DNA of 64,000 nt from a virus. The stretch is taken from IMG/VR virus record IMGVR_UViG_3300041585_000108, positions 1-64,000 of that record; one strand, given 5' to 3'. Every line of letters begins with the position of its first letter. Position 1 is the stretch's first letter. This document shows, piece after piece, positions 25,356 through 35,952 of the stretch. The position numbers were made by a program, and so were the translations under genes. Below the pieces are notes generated by a model that was not told the DNA's origin, searched no databases, and was given only the letters and a program-made list of their open reading frames with translations.

Positions 25356-25502
25356 TTAACGTTTAACTTTTAATTTAAATTTTTCTATATATCTTTGTAT
25401 AGTCATAGCCGATACTTTGCACTCTGTAGCAATTTGAGTAATTGTTTTTTTTTGAACCACATACCTATTTAATAACCACATTTTATCTTGATATAACTTC
25501 AT
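25356..25502 (-). CDS. Small HTH DNA-binding protein
   Basis: Manual translation ...KTITQIATECKVSAMTIQRYI... Confidence 0.7.
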   Translation of the reverse strand: MKLYQDKMWLLNRYVVQKKTITQIATECKVSAMTIQRYIEKFKLKVKR

Positions 25503-26065
25503 CTTCTTGTTAATTCCTTGTTTGCATAGTGAGCTATCCCAAATGAATCTGCTACATCAAAATCATCTAGGGATAAATTATATTTTACATTAAAATAATC
25601 TACAGTTTTTTGTTTTCTCATATTTCTTATTTGATTTTTATACCATGAATCAACATGTCCTGGATAAGCAATTTTAATTGCTTGCTTATCTGCTTTTGTT
25701 GAATTTTTATTTCCTATATATGCCTGCCAAGATATAGGAGGAATAGTTATTACTTTGGCCCCAGTTGACATAAGCTCTGCAATAACAACTCCATAGACAT
25801 AAGAAAGCTTAATAACGGCATCTGGAGATCTTACTAAAACCGCTCCTTCTACAACAATATAGTCTGCTTTAAGTGTATCTAACATTAGATTAGTTTTTAT
25901 TTTAGCATCATAGATTTTTTCATAAATATTGTTTCCAGCTAAATTTATTTTTCCCCACTTCAATGGGATGTCATTTTCCATTAAGCAAAAAGCTATAGAG
26001 TTTGTCGAAGCATCTATTCCTAAAACTCTATTGGCTTTGACTTTTATTAAGCTAGCCAATGTCAT
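25499..26065 (-). CDS. ruvC: RuvC-like Holliday junction resolvase
   Basis: VLGIDAS, IVVEG and DVADSFGIA motifs. Confidence 0.85.
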   Translation of the reverse strand: MTLASLIKVKANRVLGIDASTNSIAFCLMENDIPLKWGKINLAGNNIYEKIYDAKIKTNLMLDTLKADYIVVEGAVLVRSPDAVIKLSYVYGVVIAELMSTGAKVITIPPISWQAYIGNKNSTKADKQAIKIAYPGHVDSWYKNQIRNMRKQKTVDYFNVKYNLSLDDFDVADSFGIAHYANKELTRR

Positions 26066-26330
26066 CTAATAGATCCCTTATTTTTTTTTTGTGATTTGAG
26101 CTCTTTGACTTAATGCATTTAGCACAATATAAATCGTTATTATATCTACTTAAAAACCCAACACATCCTTTACATTTTCTTGGAGCCCCATTTTTTATTG
26201 CTTTTTTCTCATAATATTTTTCCATAATTCTTTTATTTGTTGCAATTCTGCAGCACTCATCAGAACAATATTTTTGATTGTGTGTTTTAGAAATAAAATC
26301 TTTTTTACACTTTATATTTAAACATTTCAT
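26052..26330 (-). CDS. Zn-finger protein
   Basis: Multiple CxxC motifs, QKYCSDEC. Confidence 0.7.
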   Translation of the reverse strand: MKCLNIKCKKDFISKTHNQKYCSDECCRIATNKRIMEKYYEKKAIKNGAPRKCKGCVGFLSRYNNDLYCAKCIKSKSSNHKKKIRDLLDDIG

Positions 26331-27118
26331 TATTTTACAACCTTCATTAATTCAATTTCTACTGTGCCAGGGTTTGATCCTTTAGCCCAACATTCTTTTT
26401 TAACTGGACAATAAGTACATGGCAATTTATATTTAGTTGCACCTTCTGGTCTAACTGGCAAATCCCCATCTTTAAAATTATCCCAAACTTGTTCAAGCCA
26501 TGAGAAAGCATCATCGATAATCTTTTTGTTTTTTTCATTCATTGAAATTGGTATGATTAGAACCTCTTGTGTATTTTTGTTTTCATACAAGAAAAATCCC
26601 TCTTTAGCGTTCTTAAGTTTCATATAAGTTAATAGCTGAAGCATATGATTTGGAGAAGATTTCATTTCCGCCTGCCGTGTATCCCAAACTTCTTGTTTAG
26701 CTGTTTTTATTTCACCGATTACAACTTCGCCATCATATTCCATAATTAAATCAATAAATCCTCTTATGGGAGGGTATTCATTAATTATTTCTTCTTCTTC
26801 CGATTTCCATTCAGGCATAGTTTTAATAAGTTTTTGCAATCTTTCATGAGCTTGTGTTCCTTGGGCCATATTAGCAACCGCTACGGCATCATTATCATCA
26901 ATAAAAACTGCACCAGCAAATGCCATGTACCAATATCTAGGACAGGTACCGTGTCCGTACCCCAACGAACTTGGACTAAATGATTTTTTAGTGGTATCCC
27001 CATCTGGACGCTTAGTTTTTTTATAAGATTCATCTAACAACTTTGCAAATTTTTCTGGGTCAAAAAAATTACCAGTATGTTTTTTAAATTTTAAATTCTT
27101 TACTATGTCTCTGGCCAT
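26330..27118 (-). CDS. Cas4-like PD-(D/E)XK exonuclease
   Basis: CPRY, GFIDL..EIKT, QLLTY and CTYCPVKKEC (4-Cys Fe-S staple). Confidence 0.85.
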   Translation of the reverse strand: MARDIVKNLKFKKHTGNFFDPEKFAKLLDESYKKTKRPDGDTTKKSFSPSSLGYGHGTCPRYWYMAFAGAVFIDDNDAVAVANMAQGTQAHERLQKLIKTMPEWKSEEEEIINEYPPIRGFIDLIMEYDGEVVIGEIKTAKQEVWDTRQAEMKSSPNHMLQLLTYMKLKNAKEGFFLYENKNTQEVLIIPISMNEKNKKIIDDAFSWLEQVWDNFKDGDLPVRPEGATKYKLPCTYCPVKKECWAKGSNPGTVEIELMKVVK

Positions 27119-27454
27119 TTATGAGTTATACCTAACTACATATTTAAGAGCATCTACTAATTTGTCTAAAGACTCTTTAACTGAATAATAAATATTTTTT
27201 TTGTTATTGTTTTTTGTACCAGCTTTATCTTTAGCAATAGTAGAATAAACTGAAGCAAGTATTGCAAATTTAGTTGACATAGCTTGTAGCTCCATAATAA
27301 GCATAGGAGCTCTTGCAGATGGAACATCTGGGTTCATTAAAAGCTTTACCACAATAGCAAGGGCTTTATCTAGATGCTCATCATGCATAAACTCATGAAG
27401 ATCATTAAACTCTGTTATATCACTAATTAGCTCTAGCGTATTTTTATCTTCCAT
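27119..27454 (-). CDS. Hypothetical phage protein
   Basis: ORF track; probable start MEDKN. Confidence 0.65.
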   Translation of the reverse strand: MEDKNTLELISDITEFNDLHEFMHDEHLDKALAIVVKLLMNPDVPSARAPMLIMELQAMSTKFAILASVYSTIAKDKAGTKNNNKKNIYYSVKESLDKLVDALKYVVRYNS

Positions 27455-28148
27455 CTTTAATATCCTTTTCATAGTTTACGTGCAATTTAATTTTGCTAAC
27501 TTCATGTTTCCCTATTACATTGCCCAAATGATCTATTCCTTTTTTATACATTCTTGGCCTTATTCCTTTTGCATTTAATCCTTTTAAATAAGATATGTAG
27601 TCTAAGTTGTCATGAATTCTTTTATATGGAGCAAAGGTATCTTTAATAGTAACAACAGAATCTTGGATGGATCCCAAGGAAATTGGTAATATACAGGCAA
27701 TATTTGTTCCAGCTGGGACAAAATATTCTTTATTTGGGGTGTCTAGTTTCCAAACAACAGAAAAAGAACCAGTAAAAACAGAAGTTGATAAAACTGTACT
27801 TAGAACGTGCGCACCCTCTAGATATTCATTTGGAACAGGCATAGTTATAACGCTTGTATTTTCATCAGTTTTAAAAAGTAAATTTGTTACAAAGCTTACT
27901 GTTCCTTCTCCTCTTCCAACCCAGATATTATTGGAGCCAATTATTCCAACTGCGCCATCGGCCCTAGATCCATTCCACATAAATGAAATGTCTTCTTCAA
28001 AATAAATTCCGTAGCCCAAAGTATTGGCCATCCCAATTGGATCACAATTATAAGTATTTTCATGCATCCACTCTCTTTTCATAGCAAGGGGCCTTATTTT
28101 TGCTGAAGGACTTTCTTTATTGTTGACATACACGTCTAGGTTATACAT
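27444..28148 (-). CDS. DUF6065-like protein
   Basis: REWM..TYNCDP..AN..GY and GTNIACILPI motifs. Confidence 0.6.
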   Translation of the reverse strand: MYNLDVYVNNKESPSAKIRPLAMKREWMHENTYNCDPIGMANTLGYGIYFEEDISFMWNGSRADGAVGIIGSNNIWVGRGEGTVSFVTNLLFKTDENTSVITMPVPNEYLEGAHVLSTVLSTSVFTGSFSVVWKLDTPNKEYFVPAGTNIACILPISLGSIQDSVVTIKDTFAPYKRIHDNLDYISYLKGLNAKGIRPRMYKKGIDHLGNVIGKHEVSKIKLHVNYEKDIKDGR

Positions 28149-28452
28149 TATTTTTCTCCCAAAATTTTATTAAATCTTCTAAAACTGCCCACTCTATTAT
28201 GCCAAGCCTGACCTTGCTTTCTGATCCTATAATAATTTTTAATGCTGGGTGCATATCTCGATTTACCTTAAAGGTGTCTGTACATATTTTTGCCCAGATC
28301 TCTTTATTTAAAGTAAATGTTGACCCAGCTTCTTTATAATCGACTAAAAATTGTTTCCACTGAGCATCTCCTTTTTGGTAATCTCCTCTCCCAGAATTTT
28401 TTTGAGCTTTAGCCTTATCTCTTTTTACTTCTGATCTTTCAGACATCGGCAT
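28141..28452 (-). CDS. Small PD-(D/E)XK nuclease / resolvase-like protein
   Basis: NSGRG..KGDA....VDYK. Confidence 0.6.
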   Translation of the reverse strand: MPMSERSEVKRDKAKAQKNSGRGDYQKGDAQWKQFLVDYKEAGSTFTLNKEIWAKICTDTFKVNRDMHPALKIIIGSESKVRLGIIEWAVLEDLIKFWEKNNV

Positions 28453-29275
28453 CTATTTCTTTAATAATAATTTCATTTGTATCTATTTTAATAATTTGAA
28501 GATTTTGATCTACATAATCAGATTCTAGCATAGCAAAATTATTATTTTTATCTAAAAAGTATTTGCTTTTCCAGGGTATATTTTTGTCAGAAACGTAGTC
28601 TAAAAATGTTCTGGCAAAATATCTATCAGCATTAAAATATTGTTTTACCCCATGGTAAAAAGGTTCTGTTGATGGCATTATAACTGCATCTCCTGCCATA
28701 GGCTTATATCTGTAGTTTTTTTTAGAAACATCATCATAAACGCATATATCTCCACCAGAGTAATTGTTATTTAGATAAAAATTAATTGTTGCAACATGTC
28801 TTTTTAGCTTAACTTCATTTGGAAGAGGAAGCTCGTCAATATGGTATTCCATCATTAAATCTTTTTCTGTTTTTTTAAAAAGTTTTTCTTTTTTGTATTC
28901 ATACTTAAAATAATCTATATATATACTTTTCCCTATAGAATTCATCTTGTCCCAGTCTAAAATAAAATCTGGCCATATCCCATTATTTTTAAAATCAAAA
29001 AAATAATCTTTATTTATAAAATTTGTAATGTCATAAATTTCTTTAAGATATTTTTTTTCTTTAATTGATCGATCTGTTTTTAATTTTAAATCTAAATCCC
29101 CATCAAAAGACATTCCTTTTCTTTTTCCCTGTTGGTACCAATCTCTCCATGGGTCTAAAATTGATTCTAAGCTATCTTCTTCAAACAAGTCTATCATTTC
29201 TTGGCTAGACTTAAATATGTTTCTATAAACAACAATTTGAGGTGCAATTACTATCTTTTTAATATCATTAAACAT
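28439..29275 (-). CDS. 2OG-Fe(II) oxygenase
   Basis: YHID..NFYLNNNYSGGD..HGV..RY. Confidence 0.85.
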   Translation of the reverse strand: MFNDIKKIVIAPQIVVYRNIFKSSQEMIDLFEEDSLESILDPWRDWYQQGKRKGMSFDGDLDLKLKTDRSIKEKKYLKEIYDITNFINKDYFFDFKNNGIWPDFILDWDKMNSIGKSIYIDYFKYEYKKEKLFKKTEKDLMMEYHIDELPLPNEVKLKRHVATINFYLNNNYSGGDICVYDDVSKKNYRYKPMAGDAVIMPSTEPFYHGVKQYFNADRYFARTFLDYVSDKNIPWKSKYFLDKNNNFAMLESDYVDQNLQIIKIDTNEIIIKEIDADV

Positions 29276-29463
29276 TAATTTATCACATACTCTGTTTTAT
29301 GATTATTGGCGCATGTCCAAAACATCATTTGTTGTTCTGGGTCAAACCAGGATTCAGATACATCTAGCTCACATTTTGAGCATGGCTTAACCCCATTAAT
29401 TTTTTCAAGGCTGTCTGAAATTAGTATTTCTTTTTTATCAAAAAACTCATTAAGATTTGGCAT
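29275..29463 (-). CDS. Small Zn-ribbon protein
   Basis: CSKC...C..NH. Confidence 0.65.
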   Translation of the reverse strand: MPNLNEFFDKKEILISDSLEKINGVKPCSKCELDVSESWFDPEQQMMFWTCANNHKTEYVIN

Positions 29464-30454
29464 TTATCTCTCCGATTAAGCTGCCTACAACAGCTGGATT
29501 TTCCCTTAAATAGGCTACAGTTTTTGCACGTCCTTGAAAACGTTCTCCATTTACTGTATACCATGCTCCACCTTTTTCAACCAACCCGTACATTTCAGCA
29601 ACATCTAACGTCTCTCCAACTCTATCAACACCTAAAGATTCTCCTTGGTAGTAGAAATCATATTGTCCTGAAAGGTTAGGGGGGCCGAGTTTGTTGTAAT
29701 CAATAATCCAATTGACTGGCCTTCCGACACGCTGTTCAATAATTTTGTCCCCAACTTGAACGCCAGCCTTGATAGCATTAGCTTCAGCTTCTGAAGACCA
29801 GAGCTTGATAACGGTACTAGAGAAAAATTTAACTGCCATTCCTCCTGTTGGGATGTGCGAAGCATGCATTGACCCAAATTGATTTCTTTGCTGGGAGATA
29901 AGAACAAGTAGTGTGTTTTTGTTTGCATAGTTTAACATTTTGACTGCGTGAGTCATATCCTTTGCTTCTGCGCCGATTTGCTTAGTATCTTGCAAATCTT
30001 TCATTTCATTTCCATCTTTTTCAAAATAAATGCCTGGAAGAAGTGCAGATATTGAATCAACAACAATTACATCTACTCCCGCTTCCATCAACTTAACTCC
30101 TACATCAACCATATCATTAACAGTCTTAGCCTGGGAATAAATAAGAGAAGAGGAATCTACTCCCAGCTGTTCTGCCCACTTTTGATCGTAAGAGGCTTCT
30201 GAATCAATCCAAGCGCAGGTTTTGCCTTCTTGTTGTGCTAAAGCAATCATTTGCAAACAAAAAGAAGATTTTCCTGCTGATTTGTTTCCCCATACAAGAA
30301 CCTGTCTACCGTAGCCTAAGCCCCCTTTAAGCGCAACGTTTAATCCGATGCTTGGGGTCAGCTGCTTATGAACTTTAATGTTTTGTGCAGATTGAACTCT
30401 TGCCCTTGTTTTTGGATCTAGTTTTGCCATAATATCTTCTAATGAAATAGTCAT
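29450..30454 (-). CDS. recA: RecA/UvsX-like recombinase
   Basis: GNKSAGKS, WIDSE, VVDSI, TGGMAVKF and KGGAWY motifs. Confidence 0.93.
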   Translation of the reverse strand: MTISLEDIMAKLDPKTRARVQSAQNIKVHKQLTPSIGLNVALKGGLGYGRQVLVWGNKSAGKSSFCLQMIALAQQEGKTCAWIDSEASYDQKWAEQLGVDSSSLIYSQAKTVNDMVDVGVKLMEAGVDVIVVDSISALLPGIYFEKDGNEMKDLQDTKQIGAEAKDMTHAVKMLNYANKNTLLVLISQQRNQFGSMHASHIPTGGMAVKFFSSTVIKLWSSEAEANAIKAGVQVGDKIIEQRVGRPVNWIIDYNKLGPPNLSGQYDFYYQGESLGVDRVGETLDVAEMYGLVEKGGAWYTVNGERFQGRAKTVAYLRENPAVVGSLIGEINAKS

Positions 30455-30508
30455 ATGTATTCTTTCTTCTCTCTAATAGTATAGCATTAAAATAAATTGC
30501 TGTGAAGC

Positions 30509-30709
30509 CTAAACACCTTTAATTTTTAGCTTAAAGGTAAATGTTTTTTCTTCCTCACTATAATCAACCTGTACTTCTTTATCTTCATTTTCTGCATTAA
30601 TAATTTGAGATACGGGAACAGATATTTCTCCCAGTGTCTCTAGGGCTGCAACTAAAATTTTAGCAATATTTAGTTGTGCGTAGACGTCTTCAATTTTTGC
30701 ATCTGTCAT
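30509..30709 (-). CDS. Hypothetical protein
   Basis: ORF track. Confidence 0.65.
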   Translation of the reverse strand: MTDAKIEDVYAQLNIAKILVAALETLGEISVPVSQIINAENEDKEVQVDYSEEEKTFTFKLKIKGV

Positions 30710-33700
30710 TTTATTTCCTTTACATTTAATGTTCCATCATCTAGGGTAGACAATACAACCTTACACTTCATTCCTTCTCTCATCTTGGCCAATGTCATTT
30801 TGTACATAGTGGGGAAAGCAATTGCTCTTGTTAACTCTTTATGCTTATTAGATAATACAATATGACTCATTGTTTTTCCAGCTTTTGTAACGTATGGAGT
30901 AAAATTTACGACTATATATTCATCTTCTTCTAAGTCGTATTCTTTTTTATAAAGATAGTCCACGAACATATCGTTTGAAGATGGATCAATCTCTGATACT
31001 TTTATGTATCTAGCTATTCTATTATCTCCAACCAAAATAAAATACATCTGTCCAATTTCAATTTGTGTTTGCTCATTATGAAATAAACCAATTGTGCCAG
31101 TCTCATCAACAAGCTCTACTCTTGCCCATCCAGACCCTCTTTTAATTGCTTTAACCATTCCAAACATAACAAAGGAGCCTAAATCATCAAAATCTTCAAT
31201 AGGTCTAGCTTGAGCCTTTACTCTTGGCGGAATTCCTTCTAGATTAAATGTTGGTATTCCTAAGTATTCGTAGTAGTTATCTTTCTCATTGCCAATTCGC
31301 TTATTATCCTTAAAAGCAGCCCCACCAATATTATTAAGAGCAGTAATGGCCCTACTATTAATCCCGCTGCCTTTGGCTGAAGCCTTTTGAACAAAATTGG
31401 AATAGCTTTCGTATGGTCTTTTTTCTATTATTTTATTAGCTATATTGTCAGAAATAAATTTAATTTCTGCAAGACCAAATCTAATTGAATCTTTTTGCAA
31501 AGAAAAGTACAGGTTAGACTCATTGATATGAGGAAGAAGAACCTTAAGCCCAAGTCTTTTAGACTCAATTAAATACTCTGTCCTTGCATCTTTATCATTT
31601 TCATTTTTAAGAATAGAAAACATAAACTCAAGCGGGTAGTGCTTCTTAAGCCACGCAGTGTAATAAGATAACATTGAGTAGGCTACCGCATGTGAACGGT
31701 TAAAAGAATAGCCAGCATGTGCTTCAAAGTCTTGCCAAAGCTTTTCTGCTTTTTTTCTTGTAACATGGCTTGATGCACCATTAATAAACTTATCTTTAAA
31801 CTCATCAAACTCTTTAACATCTTTTTTCTTACCAATAATCTTACGAACTTTATCTGCTTCGGACCAAGACATACCGCCAAGATAAACACAAGCTTGCATA
31901 ACCTGTTCTTGATAAATAATTACACCATATGTATTTTCAATAAAAGGCTTCATGATTGCATGCATGTAATCAACTGCCTCATTACCATTTTTTCTTGCAA
32001 TATACGAAGCCCCAACAGTGTTCATGGCTCCTGGGCGTACCAAAGCATTTGATGCAATAAGATCTTCAAATTTGTCTGTACCCATTTTTATTAAAAGGTT
32101 TGTGTATGGTGTTGCTTCTGCTTGAAACACCCCCTTGGTGTATCCTTCGCTAAGCATCTTATATACTTCTGGATCTTCTAAAGATAGGGCAGAAAGATTT
32201 ATATCTTTTCCAGTTCTTTTTTTAATAGACTTTAATGTATCAGAAATTACTGATAAAGTTTTAAGTCCAAGGGCATCCAGCTTAATAAGACCGATGTCCG
32301 CAACCGTATCCATGTCATAAGCAACAACTGGTATTCTTCCAGAAACTTTATCTTGGGAGTCTTCTCTTGATTCTACTGGCGCAAATTTTCTAAGAGCATC
32401 TTTAGCAACAACTACTCCAGCAGCATGAACTCCAACAGATCTAATTCTTCCTCTTAGTCTATCGGCTAGCCAAACAACTTCTGGGTATTTTGCTCTAAAC
32501 TCTTTTGTATTTGGTGATGAAATAAAATCTTCAAAAGTGTCAATTGATTTCATTGCACGATTTACTTCCTGTAAAGGAACCATAAAAATACGTGCAGCAT
32601 CTCTAATTACACCCTTATCTTTAAAATAAGTGTAGGTTGAAATAGAAGCAACATGCTTAAACTTTTTCTTTAAATAATCTTTGACTTCTTTTCTTCTGCG
32701 ATCTTCAAAGTCTGTATCGATATCTGGAAAGTCATTGCGCTCTGGGTTAATAAATCTAAAAAACAGTAGATCATATTTAATTGGATCTACGTCTGTTATT
32801 CCTAGTGTGTAACATACCAATGAGCCTGCTGCCGATCCTCGTCCTGGACCAACTCTAATGTCATTTGTTTTTGCCCAGTTAATCATATCAGCAATAACTA
32901 AAAAATAAGATGCAAAGTTTTTAGATGCAATCACACCAAGCTCTTCTTGTACTCTATCAATATAAACTTGATTATCTCCAAAGCCTAGGGAATTTAATCC
33001 GTCATAAGCCATATCCCTTAATTTTTCATCTGCATCTGTTTTAGGAACAGGAAGAAGATCTAAATTTTGATTAAAATCGTAGTCTCCAATTTTATCTGAT
33101 ATCTCTATAGTGTTTTCATAGATGTCTGTTCTTGTTATTCCAGCCTTATTAAAATCAGACTCTATCTCAGAACGACTTTGAATAAATAAATTCATATCTT
33201 GAAAAGAAATTCTACGATCTGGATAAAGGTAATTAAACCTTTCCATCATATCTTTTATGTTACGAGACATATCAAAATCAGAGTCTTTGTCTATTTTGGG
33301 TGAAGTAGAAAGAATAAGTAATGCTTCTTCAAGAACTCTATCTTCTTCTTTAGCAAAATGTGCGTCACCTGTTGCAACAGATTTAATCCCTAGCTCATCC
33401 GCTAAATCTAATAAAGCATTATTTATTTCTAGCGGATTGTGAGATTGTACCTCAACATAAAAATCTTCTTGAAAAGTTTTCTTAAAGTCTTTGAGCATAA
33501 GTCGTGCTTCAGACATATCTCCTTTAGCAATAGCCTTGCTAATAAGTCCATTAAGACATCCAGACAATACAATAATGCCTTCTGCATATTCCCTCAAAAT
33601 TTCTTTATCTATACGAGGCTTATGATAAAAACCTTCGTTCCACGCAATTTCTTGCAGAGTATTAATGTTTTCTAAACCTTTTTTGTTTTTAGCCAACAAT

Positions 33701-33975
33701 ATAATGTGGTTATAAGCTTGAATAGATTTATCTGTTTTGGAAGATCTGTCAAACCTATCTGTGGGAGATATGTAAGCCTCTACCCCAAGAATAGGTTTGA
33801 TTCCTAAATTTTTAGCGGCTATCTGCATTTCTCTATGAGAAGACAAAGTCCCATGATCAGTTATTGCAATTGCTGTTTGTCCAGCATCTAAAGCAGCTTG
33901 ACATAATTCGGCAGGAGAATTAAGACCATCCATTAAAGAATAGTAACTATGCACATGTAAGTGTGTGAATGACAT
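30706..33975 (-). CDS. dnaE: DNA polymerase III alpha subunit
   Basis: HLHVHSYYSLMDG PHP domain, GRGSAAGS, PDIDTD and YSFNRSHAVAY motifs. Confidence 0.97.
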   Translation of the reverse strand: MSFTHLHVHSYYSLMDGLNSPAELCQAALDAGQTAIAITDHGTLSSHREMQIAAKNLGIKPILGVEAYISPTDRFDRSSKTDKSIQAYNHIILLAKNKKGLENINTLQEIAWNEGFYHKPRIDKEILREYAEGIIVLSGCLNGLISKAIAKGDMSEARLMLKDFKKTFQEDFYVEVQSHNPLEINNALLDLADELGIKSVATGDAHFAKEEDRVLEEALLILSTSPKIDKDSDFDMSRNIKDMMERFNYLYPDRRISFQDMNLFIQSRSEIESDFNKAGITRTDIYENTIEISDKIGDYDFNQNLDLLPVPKTDADEKLRDMAYDGLNSLGFGDNQVYIDRVQEELGVIASKNFASYFLVIADMINWAKTNDIRVGPGRGSAAGSLVCYTLGITDVDPIKYDLLFFRFINPERNDFPDIDTDFEDRRRKEVKDYLKKKFKHVASISTYTYFKDKGVIRDAARIFMVPLQEVNRAMKSIDTFEDFISSPNTKEFRAKYPEVVWLADRLRGRIRSVGVHAAGVVVAKDALRKFAPVESREDSQDKVSGRIPVVAYDMDTVADIGLIKLDALGLKTLSVISDTLKSIKKRTGKDINLSALSLEDPEVYKMLSEGYTKGVFQAEATPYTNLLIKMGTDKFEDLIASNALVRPGAMNTVGASYIARKNGNEAVDYMHAIMKPFIENTYGVIIYQEQVMQACVYLGGMSWSEADKVRKIIGKKKDVKEFDEFKDKFINGASSHVTRKKAEKLWQDFEAHAGYSFNRSHAVAYSMLSYYTAWLKKHYPLEFMFSILKNENDKDARTEYLIESKRLGLKVLLPHINESNLYFSLQKDSIRFGLAEIKFISDNIANKIIEKRPYESYSNFVQKASAKGSGINSRAITALNNIGGAAFKDNKRIGNEKDNYYEYLGIPTFNLEGIPPRVKAQARPIEDFDDLGSFVMFGMVKAIKRGSGWARVELVDETGTIGLFHNEQTQIEIGQMYFILVGDNRIARYIKVSEIDPSSNDMFVDYLYKKEYDLEEDEYIVVNFTPYVTKAGKTMSHIVLSNKHKELTRAIAFPTMYKMTLAKMREGMKCKVVLSTLDDGTLNVKEIK

Positions 33976-33998
33976 CTTAATTCTCCGCCAAAATCATA

Positions 33999-34673
33999 TT
34001 ACCAGTCTAAATTGCTGCTAGTAGCAGAATCAGATTCTGGTTCATGACTTCCGCCTTCACCATTAAAGAAAGCTTCTTGTTCCGTGTAAGGCATGTCACG
34101 AACAGCCAAAGTCTCTAAATCATAGAGTTCTAAGGTAGAGTCATCAAACTTCACTTCATCTTTTGCAAGAGGAATAATAGTATAGCTTGTGTCTGTTTTT
34201 GTTCCTGTACGTTTAATACGCCACATGAGATTTGTGATAGATCCCATTTCTCCAGCATATTCAATTAGTGTAGGTGTAATTGTTTTCCCGCTTGAACCTT
34301 GGGAAAGAATTGCAACATATGGCTCTTCTTTTCCATCATCAATTAAAACATTCATGTAAAGTCGTGAACGACCTTTCCATCCTGCCTTGTAGTCTTTACG
34401 GTGTTGCTCACAACCATAACACTTTCCTTGGTCTTCCATTGAGCATAGCGCCTTGCGCTTATAATCTTTTGGGTTAGTGTGCTCTACTGCAATAAACCCT
34501 AGTCCGTTTTTTTCGTTATAGGATGGTGAATCTGGATCGAGTTCCTGCAAAAACCTTACTTTAACGCTTTCTGCATCTTCCAGCTTTGCCCAACGTGCTT
34601 TGGTGCCATCGCCACTTGGTTGTGGCCTGTCCATTACTTGATTTAGTCCTTTTAACCCTTTTACGATACCCAT
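33999..34673 (-). CDS. Single-stranded DNA-binding protein (gp32-like)
   Basis: Position between primase and polymerase; H/C Zn motif; acidic tail ending in W. Confidence 0.7.
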   Translation of the reverse strand: MGIVKGLKGLNQVMDRPQPSGDGTKARWAKLEDAESVKVRFLQELDPDSPSYNEKNGLGFIAVEHTNPKDYKRKALCSMEDQGKCYGCEQHRKDYKAGWKGRSRLYMNVLIDDGKEEPYVAILSQGSSGKTITPTLIEYAGEMGSITNLMWRIKRTGTKTDTSYTIIPLAKDEVKFDDSTLELYDLETLAVRDMPYTEQEAFFNGEGGSHEPESDSATSSNLDW

Positions 34674-34729
34674 GTTATCCTCTTCTTATTTGTAGGTGAT
34701 GGTATAGATCCATCTGTTATTTTATTATA

Positions 34730-35725
34730 TCATATCCAAGAACGATATTCAATATCTGATACTGAGTTTTTTATACAGTATTTGATCTCTTCATCTGTTA
34801 AATCCCCTGCATCTTTTGCATCATGTGGATAAACTTTATTGTAATCAAATGCTGCCCACATAATATCTTTGTTCCTTAATTTGCTTGAAATTGACTTTCC
34901 TAATTCTCTTCCAGCTTCATCAGCATCAGTCATTATGATTATCTTGTTAAAAAATCTATTCAATAAGCTTTGTTGTTCATTAGATAAAAATCCTCCTAAA
35001 GTAGCAACTACATTTGGGAATCCAGCTTGATGAATTCTTATAGCATCAAAGTTAGACTCACACACAATTACTTGCTCTCCAATTTTCTTTGCCCTATGAA
35101 CATTGAACAATGTCTTGCTTTTAGGAAGGCTAGTGCTATTTTTAAAAGATTTACCCTCTATAGATCTTCCCACTAACCCAATTGGTTTTCCGTCTGGACT
35201 GTGTACTGGAGTGATAACCATGCTCATTGATGATGAATATCCTAGTCCAAAATGATCTGAGGAATCTTTATCTATTCCCCTGCTTTTTAAATAGTTTATT
35301 GCTAGGATATTAGAGCCTAATTCTGTATGAAGCCTATCTAGTATCTCCTGAGAAAACTCTTCAAACTTTGGCTTATCTTCTAGCATATCTGACATTAGCT
35401 CATCAAAATTATTTAGTGACTCTGTTTCTTTATTTGCTATTAGCCTTAATGATTCAAAGTCGTTCTTGTGCATAGTTCTTTTAATTAATTCAATCAGGGT
35501 TCCAACCTCACTGCATGCTGGATTAAAACAAATAAATGCTCCAGATCTTTGGCTTACGCTAAAGCTAGAGGTATTTCTATTAGAATGAAATGGGCAATAG
35601 CATAGAAAGTCATTTCCAGTTTCACCAACAATATCTAAACCGATTTCTTTTAATATTGATTTGATGTGGCTGGGGGCATACTCCGTGGTATTAATTTGTT
35701 TTGAGTTGTACCCTCTAATTGCCAT
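34730..35725 (-). CDS. dnaG: DNA primase (CHC2 Zn finger plus TOPRIM)
   Basis: CPFH..C....C, CESNFDA and DADEAG motifs. Confidence 0.9.
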   Translation of the reverse strand: MAIRGYNSKQINTTEYAPSHIKSILKEIGLDIVGETGNDFLCYCPFHSNRNTSSFSVSQRSGAFICFNPACSEVGTLIELIKRTMHKNDFESLRLIANKETESLNNFDELMSDMLEDKPKFEEFSQEILDRLHTELGSNILAINYLKSRGIDKDSSDHFGLGYSSSMSMVITPVHSPDGKPIGLVGRSIEGKSFKNSTSLPKSKTLFNVHRAKKIGEQVIVCESNFDAIRIHQAGFPNVVATLGGFLSNEQQSLLNRFFNKIIIMTDADEAGRELGKSISSKLRNKDIMWAAFDYNKVYPHDAKDAGDLTDEEIKYCIKNSVSDIEYRSWI

Positions 35726-35952
35726 GACTTCTTCTTTCCTACATATATACCATGAAGAGTCATTAAGAATCTCCATGTCTCGCCCGTAAACTCTATTGAG
35801 AATGCTGGGTCCATATCTAAAACTCTTATATAGCCTTTGCCACGCATGTCTTGTACCAACAAGTTTTCATACTGTGGCCTTAAACTTATAAGTTGTGCAT
35901 TGTCATAAAACTCTACTTCAATTTGAAATCTTTTAATTTTTTTGTGCGTCAT
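35650..35952 (-). CDS. Hypothetical protein
   Basis: ORF track; probable start MTHKK. Confidence 0.6.
   Translation of the reverse strand: MTHKKIKRFQIEVEFYDNAQLISLRPQYENLLVQDMRGKGYIRVLDMDPAFSIEFTGETWRFLMTLHGIYVGKKKSWQLEGTTQNKLIPRSMPPATSNQY

Noticed and set aside
26330-27118. Cas4 as evidence of a CRISPR system
   Set aside because: Stand-alone phage exonuclease in a recombination module; no cas1/cas2 or array seen.
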